This document shows, in pieces, positions 59,375 to 64,000 of a stretch of 64,000 bases of DNA; position 1 is the first letter of the stretch; each line of letters starts with the position of its first letter. The notes beneath the pieces are model-generated. The model worked only from the letters and a program-made list of their open reading frames with translations. It searched no databases and was not told the origin of the DNA. Origin of the DNA: an uncultured delta proteobacterium (GTDB lineage: Bacteria > Desulfobacterota > Binatia > UBA9968); contig CAVXEP010000016.1 in the NCBI GenBank assembly GCA_963760795.1, positions 160,395-224,394 of the forward strand, given 5' to 3'. The translations under genes were made by a program, and so were the position numbers.

Positions 59375-59717
59375 GTCATTTCGACCGCAGGGAGAAATCT
59401 AGATCGCATTGCTCAGATCATTCCAATGAGGATTGAGCTGTATGACCAAGGCGTTTTTCTTTTCTCTGCGCCATTTTTTGATCTCTTTTTCCCGAGTCAG
59501 AGCGGTGAATACGTCGTTAGTCTGTTCGCGTAAACGAGCTTGTTGACGTTGAATTTCTCTGTGAAACCTTTCACTAACTTGTTCTGGTGTTCGTAAACAC
59601 GCCTTGTGAGGTTATTGGTTACACCAACGTACATGACTTTATTGTTCGAACTGGTCAGCAAATAGACGTAGTAGCAGTTCTCTGCCGGCATAGATTTCTC
59701 GCTGCGCTCGAAATGAC
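59375..59717. mobile_element. putative GIY-YIG nuclease element bounded by 26-bp inverted GTCAT hairpins
   Basis: Left GTCATTTCGACCGCAGGGAGAAATCT (59375-59400) and right reverse complement GTCATTTCGAGCGCAGCGAGAAATCT (59692-59717) directly abut the ORF. Confidence 0.65.
59399..59691 (-). CDS. GIY-YIG nuclease (UPF0213/YhbQ-like), 1-bp deletion near 59529
   Basis: YYVYLL...MYVGVTNNLTRRVYEH...GFTEKFNVNKLVY, continuing in a shifted frame as EQTNDVFTALTREKEIKKWRREKKNALVIQLNPHWNDL; ~97 aa; AT-richer than flanks. Confidence 0.88.
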
Positions 59718-59744
59718 AAAACGGAAGATTCTACCTCTACGTCG

Positions 59745-59770
59745 AGATCCCTCACTTCGTTCGGGATGAC
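59745..59770 (-). repeat. third GTCAT hairpin of the GIY-YIG-flanking subtype
   Basis: Reverse complement GTCATCCCGAACGAAGTGAGGGATCT. Confidence 0.8.
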
Positions 59771-59787
59771 GACTGCTACCGCCGCCG

Positions 59788-60801
59788 TCATTTCACTCCA
59801 TACTTGGTCATAATCTCATCGATAAACCCGCTCTGGTCGAGCTTCTTCATGATTCGGTCGTCGATGAGATTTTCCGGTTTTACGCTCTCGACTTTTGGGT
59901 TGCTGCGCTTCATCAGGCGGATGACATTGGTCGCACCCGCCGGGAGGGCGTAGGGTTTACGGTCGAGACCGGTGACCATATCGCGATAGCCTTCCTCTGC
60001 GTCCTTCTCCGAGATGCGCAGGTACTTTTGCAGAATCTTCAGTGTGTTAGGTTTCTGCGCGGCTGATAGGCAAAAGGCCGAGCCTTCGATCACCGCGCGC
60101 AAAACGTTCTCGACGATCTGCGGGTTTTTTTGCAGGTAAGTATCCCGAACGACGATCGAAGAGCTCAAGATCGGCAATCGGGCTTTATCGAGCTCGGCCA
60201 AGATAGGAAATCCCCTCGCCTGCAAAGGTCGACTCTGCACACCGTCGAGCACGGTCGCATCGATGGTGCCGTTGGCGAGAGCTTGCGCAAGCACAGTTTG
60301 ATCTCCCGCCGCGATGATAGCGATCTTGTCCCGTTCCGGTTCGAGACCAAGGTGTTCGAGCGCGAGGATCGCACCCATCCACACCGTGCCGCCGATGGCT
60401 TGCACGCCGAATGTTTTGCCGCGCAGATCTTCGGGTGATTTTATGCCAGGACGGACGACGAGGTCGTAGGTAACGCGGTTGGTCAGCGCCGATAAAACTT
60501 TTAGATCGGCACCGGACGCTACCGCGCCGATGACCGCGGTGCCGCCGGTGTAACCGACTTCGATATCGTTGGAGGCCATGGCGGCGACCAAGGTCGGCGC
60601 GCCGCGCACGAAGAGCGTTTCAGCGTCAAACCCGTACTTGGCGAAAAAGCCGCGTTCGCGCGGCGCCCACAGCGGGCATACCCGCGCGTTCATGGCGGCA
60701 TAGGCGATGATGAGTTTCTTACCGGCTGCCGCGGCGAAAACATCTTCTGGAGCGCTCAGTAAACCGAGCACTAAGACGATTGTCAGGATCAAACTCGTCA
60801 T
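59788..60801 (-). CDS. ABC-type substrate-binding protein (NMT1/SsuA-like)
   Basis: Signal peptide, ERGFFAKYG, DLRGK, LDQSGFID. Confidence 0.86.
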   Translation of the reverse strand: MTSLILTIVLVLGLLSAPEDVFAAAAGKKLIIAYAAMNARVCPLWAPRERGFFAKYGFDAETLFVRGAPTLVAAMASNDIEVGYTGGTAVIGAVASGADLKVLSALTNRVTYDLVVRPGIKSPEDLRGKTFGVQAIGGTVWMGAILALEHLGLEPERDKIAIIAAGDQTVLAQALANGTIDATVLDGVQSRPLQARGFPILAELDKARLPILSSSIVVRDTYLQKNPQIVENVLRAVIEGSAFCLSAAQKPNTLKILQKYLRISEKDAEEGYRDMVTGLDRKPYALPAGATNVIRLMKRSNPKVESVKPENLIDDRIMKKLDQSGFIDEIMTKYGVK

Positions 60802-60846
60802 TGGGCCTCCAGTTTCACATTAGCAACAAATCCAGTCGCGAAGCCG

Positions 60847-60873
60847 AGATTGCGTCCGTTGGTTCGGAATGAC
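60847..60873 (-). repeat. degenerate GTCAT hairpin
   Basis: Reverse complement GTCATTCCGAACCAACGGACGCAATCT. Confidence 0.45.
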
Positions 60874-60890
60874 AAGTTTACCAAAGACGC

Positions 60891-61982
60891 TTACAGCCCC
60901 AGGCCCAATAAGTTGATCGCGTTCTCGCCCAGCACCTTGCGCTTGTTCTCTTTAGAAATCTTCGTGCTGTTAGCCACCGGACCGGTCACCTGTCCCGGCA
61001 CCGACGAGTCCCAGTGCGGCGAATCGGTCGCCAGCACTAGCCGATCGCCGCCTAAATACTCCACCGCCCATTCGAACAGCCCGTCTTCGAAGGGTTCGCA
61101 GCCGACGAAGACACTCTCATTGAAAATGTCCGTCGGTTTGCGTTTCTGCCAGGGCACGAGATGGGGCAGCTTTTCGAAGTGCTCGTCCATGCGCGACAAC
61201 CACCAGGGCATTTGCGAGGCGCCGGTTTCGAGACAAATGATTTTCAGATTGGGATGCTTTTCCATGACGCCGCCGCACAGATAGATCATCAAGCAGACCA
61301 TGCTCTCGATGGTGCGGCCGACCATGTGGGAAAAGAAAAAATTGTCGGCGAAACGTTCGTGGCCCATGGAGCCGGTCTTGGTATCGTGAAAGATGATCGG
61401 TGTGTTGGTTTTTTCCAGTTCGTCGAAGATCGGGTCGAAGTGCGGGTCGGTCCATTCTTTGCCGGGGATCGGCGTGGCTTTGACGTTGAGCGCCTTGCTG
61501 CCCAACTCGCGTGAGCGATGCAGCTCTTTGATCGCTTCCTTGGAATCTTGCAGCGGGATCACCCCGGCCCACATGAGCCGGCCTTTTTGCTGCGACGCGT
61601 ACCAGTTCATGTAATTGTTCTGCGCCCTGGCGTAGGCCGCCGCTAGCTCCGGATCGTCGGCGAACCAAAGAATGTCGAGTGCCGGCGAGTTGGGCGACAG
61701 CACGGCGACATCGATGCCGTCCAAGTCCATGTTGCGCACGCGTCCTTGCGGCGTCAGATCTGCGGGCGTCACCCATTCTTTCTTTTCAGCTTTTTGCCGG
61801 CCAAGCTCGGAGCCGATCATGATTTGATTGCCGACCAGAGTTTTGCGCCGCTCGTTATCCTTCGTTGGCAACTTGCGCGGAAGGAATTCTTTATACTTTG
61901 CTTCAACTGTTTGGTCCCAGCTTTCCAAGTCGCCCACTAAGTGACTGTCGAGGTCGATCACCTTCATGCCGTCGATTGCCAT
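60891..61982 (-). CDS. amidohydrolase-2 family protein
   Basis: IDLDSH, MDLDGIDVAVL, IIFH, LETGASQ, ATDSPHWD. Confidence 0.88.
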   Translation of the reverse strand: MAIDGMKVIDLDSHLVGDLESWDQTVEAKYKEFLPRKLPTKDNERRKTLVGNQIMIGSELGRQKAEKKEWVTPADLTPQGRVRNMDLDGIDVAVLSPNSPALDILWFADDPELAAAYARAQNNYMNWYASQQKGRLMWAGVIPLQDSKEAIKELHRSRELGSKALNVKATPIPGKEWTDPHFDPIFDELEKTNTPIIFHDTKTGSMGHERFADNFFFSHMVGRTIESMVCLMIYLCGGVMEKHPNLKIICLETGASQMPWWLSRMDEHFEKLPHLVPWQKRKPTDIFNESVFVGCEPFEDGLFEWAVEYLGGDRLVLATDSPHWDSSVPGQVTGPVANSTKISKENKRKVLGENAINLLGLGL

Positions 61983-62009
61983 ACATTCCTCCTCGTTTAC
62001 GCTGCCTGA

Positions 62010-63035
62010 TTATTTGACTCCAGACTTTGCGCCGAATTGCTGATCGAGGAAACCGCTTTTCTCGAACTCACGAAGAAAACTCTCATCGATCAATTTTTCC
62101 AGATTAAGCTCGGCGATTTTTGGACTACGCAGCTTCATGAACCGTTGAATGTTCTTCAAACCATCGAGCCCGACATAGGGTTTGCGCACTACGCCGTTGA
62201 CATAATCCACATAACCGTCGGCGGCGGCGCTTTGATCCTTTATCCCCAGGCGCTTGGTCAAGATCTCCATGGAGCCGCTTTTATTGGCCGGATTCAATAC
62301 ATAGGCATGGCCTTCGACCAGACTCCGGAGCACGTTTCTAGAGATAGCCGCTTGATTGTGAAGATAATCGGCCTTGACGACCAAGCCAGTGCCGGTGAGC
62401 GCGATTTTATCGGGTTCTCCCGGTATCCAGTATCCCTTTCTGGCTAATGTCCGGCTGAAAACGCCCGCCAGGGCCGCGCCTTGTATCGTGCCGCTCTCGA
62501 GAGCTTGGCTGATGACTCGTTGATCGCCAAAAGCCGCCAGCGAAAGTTTATCCCGATCGGGGTTGATACCGATCTGTTCGAGAATCAGCATCGCCGACAT
62601 CCAGCCGGTGCCGCCGATGCTGGTTACGCCGACGCGTTTGCCCTTAAGATCCGCGGCGGTCTTGATCTCGGGCCGGGTCACGAGTTCGCTCTGCACGCGA
62701 TCGGCGAACGCGGCGATCAACCGGACGTCGAGTCCGGCGACCGCCGCGCCCAAAGTCGCAGTACCTCCGGTAAAACCAAAATGGACATCGCCTGTGTTGA
62801 GCGAGGCGATCAAAGTTGGCGAGCCGGGGATAAAGACCATTTGGGCGTCAATGCCGTTTTTTGCAAAGAAACCTCTGTCCTGGGCGGCCCACAGGGTTAG
62901 CACGACGGAACTCATCGAGGCGTGGCCGATGACGACGCGCGGTCGGCTTTGAGCATTGACCGCACCCGGCGCCTGTGCGGAAGCGATCAACAATGAGACC
63001 AAGAGTAGTAATTTTGCCAAGTTAATCATTCTCAT
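62010..63035 (-). CDS. ABC-type substrate-binding protein (paralogue of 59788)
   Basis: Signal peptide, DRGFFAKNG, DLKGKRVGV, IGGTGWM, FEKSGFLD. Confidence 0.86.
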   Translation of the reverse strand: MRMINLAKLLLLVSLLIASAQAPGAVNAQSRPRVVIGHASMSSVVLTLWAAQDRGFFAKNGIDAQMVFIPGSPTLIASLNTGDVHFGFTGGTATLGAAVAGLDVRLIAAFADRVQSELVTRPEIKTAADLKGKRVGVTSIGGTGWMSAMLILEQIGINPDRDKLSLAAFGDQRVISQALESGTIQGAALAGVFSRTLARKGYWIPGEPDKIALTGTGLVVKADYLHNQAAISRNVLRSLVEGHAYVLNPANKSGSMEILTKRLGIKDQSAAADGYVDYVNGVVRKPYVGLDGLKNIQRFMKLRSPKIAELNLEKLIDESFLREFEKSGFLDQQFGAKSGVK

Positions 63036-63105
63036 CGGATAACAAATCGCCCATGGGGCGTCAAACGTCACGGCGCTTTGCTGCGGTTAATTCGGCTTAA
63101 AAGTT

Positions 63106-64000
63106 TTACAGGCCCAGTTCTTTCTGCGCCTGGCGCACATAGCTGTGGTCCGCGTATCGATCGGGCGTCGGTAGCGGTTCTTTGAGAACGCCGTCTTTGA
63201 ACTGGATATCGATATTGGCTTTCAATCCTTCAATTGTCACCGAGCCATCGATGGGAAACACTTTGTTCTTAGTAAAATAATCGACGCCACGCCGGGCGTA
63301 GGGCGGCTTGATGCCCATCTCCGCGGTGAATAAGTCGGCGGCTTGGTCCGGGTGTTCGTGGATCCAACGCAGCGAGCGGATATGCGCTTTCAAGAAGCGC
63401 ACTACGTTGGCGCGATTTTTCTCCGCCCAGGATGGATTTACCGTGAGGCCGTTGAATTGATACGTCGAGATGACGTCCATGGTGTCGCCCAAGCGGGTGA
63501 ATCCCTGGTCGACGGCGATGTCCGAATAGGGAAAACCCAGCACGGCCCCGGCGATGGCGCCGGTTTCCAACGCAGTCAATCGGCTCACGGTGCCGCCGGA
63601 GATCACCGTCAAGATAAAATCCCGTGGGAAGAGCAGCCCCTTGGTCTTCAGATACTCCAGCAAGATCGAGGTCGCGCCGCCGCGCAAGCTCGACACGCCG
63701 AGGCGCGCGCCTTTAAGGTCTTCGACCTTTTTGTAGTTTTTGCCGCCGATGAGAAAGTATGGCGCGGCGTTATCGACACCGGCGACGACCTTGAGAATCG
63801 CCCCTTTCTCGCCAACGGCGATAACGCTGTCGGCGTTGAGGGTGCCAAAATTGATTTCGCCGCTGAGCAGCGCTTGCAGATGAACATCGGTGCGGCCGAT
63901 GAGAATCAGTTCGACCTTGACATTCTCCTGGTTGTAAAAGCCGCGTTTTTGGCCGACGTAAAATGGCAAATAGAAAAGCGTCTTCGAAGTCATGCCGACT
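63106..64000 (-). CDS. ABC-type substrate-binding protein (5'-truncated by window)
   Basis: RGFYNQENV, DLKGARLGVSS, DHSYVRQAQKEL. Confidence 0.84.
   Translation of the reverse strand, partial: VGMTSKTLFYLPFYVGQKRGFYNQENVKVELILIGRTDVHLQALLSGEINFGTLNADSVIAVGEKGAILKVVAGVDNAAPYFLIGGKNYKKVEDLKGARLGVSSLRGGATSILLEYLKTKGLLFPRDFILTVISGGTVSRLTALETGAIAGAVLGFPYSDIAVDQGFTRLGDTMDVISTYQFNGLTVNPSWAEKNRANVVRFLKAHIRSLRWIHEHPDQAADLFTAEMGIKPPYARRGVDYFTKNKVFPIDGSVTIEGLKANIDIQFKDGVLKEPLPTPDRYADHSYVRQAQKELGL

Noticed and set aside
1-64000. tRNA, rRNA, prophage or DDE transposase genes
   Set aside because: I recognised no cloverleaf or rRNA signatures, and no phage structural, integrase or transposase ORFs.

Overview
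GC-rich bacterial chromosomal segment. The gene content (many NMT1/SsuA-like and Bug substrate-binding proteins, amidohydrolase-2 enzymes, cupin, LLM, ornithine-cyclodeaminase and thiolase paralogues) suggests a Candidatus Binatia/Deltaproteobacteria-like organism, which is an inference. There are about 63 genes and no rRNA, tRNA or CRISPR. At least a dozen genes carry 1-bp frameshifts, often in homopolymers and some compensated, pointing to an unpolished long-read assembly rather than pseudogenisation. A 28-bp XerCD dif site at 46683-46710, with KOPS motifs switching strand across it, places the window at the replication terminus. Intergenic DNA holds at least five families of palindromic repeats, often nested in one another. 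The strongest candidate for an undescribed system is a ~97-aa GIY-YIG nuclease gene (59399-59691) bracketed to the base by inverted 26-bp GTCAT hairpins that show compensatory covariation. Related hairpins and a ~110-bp composite element are scattered through the window, resembling a REP/RAYT-like system with a GIY-YIG nuclease in place of an HUH transposase. Also notable: two exported SET-domain paralogues, 14 binding proteins with no cognate permease or ATPase, a duplicated Cys-less racemase/AMDase-like + SBP module, a signal peptide encoded by a repeat, and an apparently circularly permuted alpha/beta-hydrolase fused to a methyltransferase.
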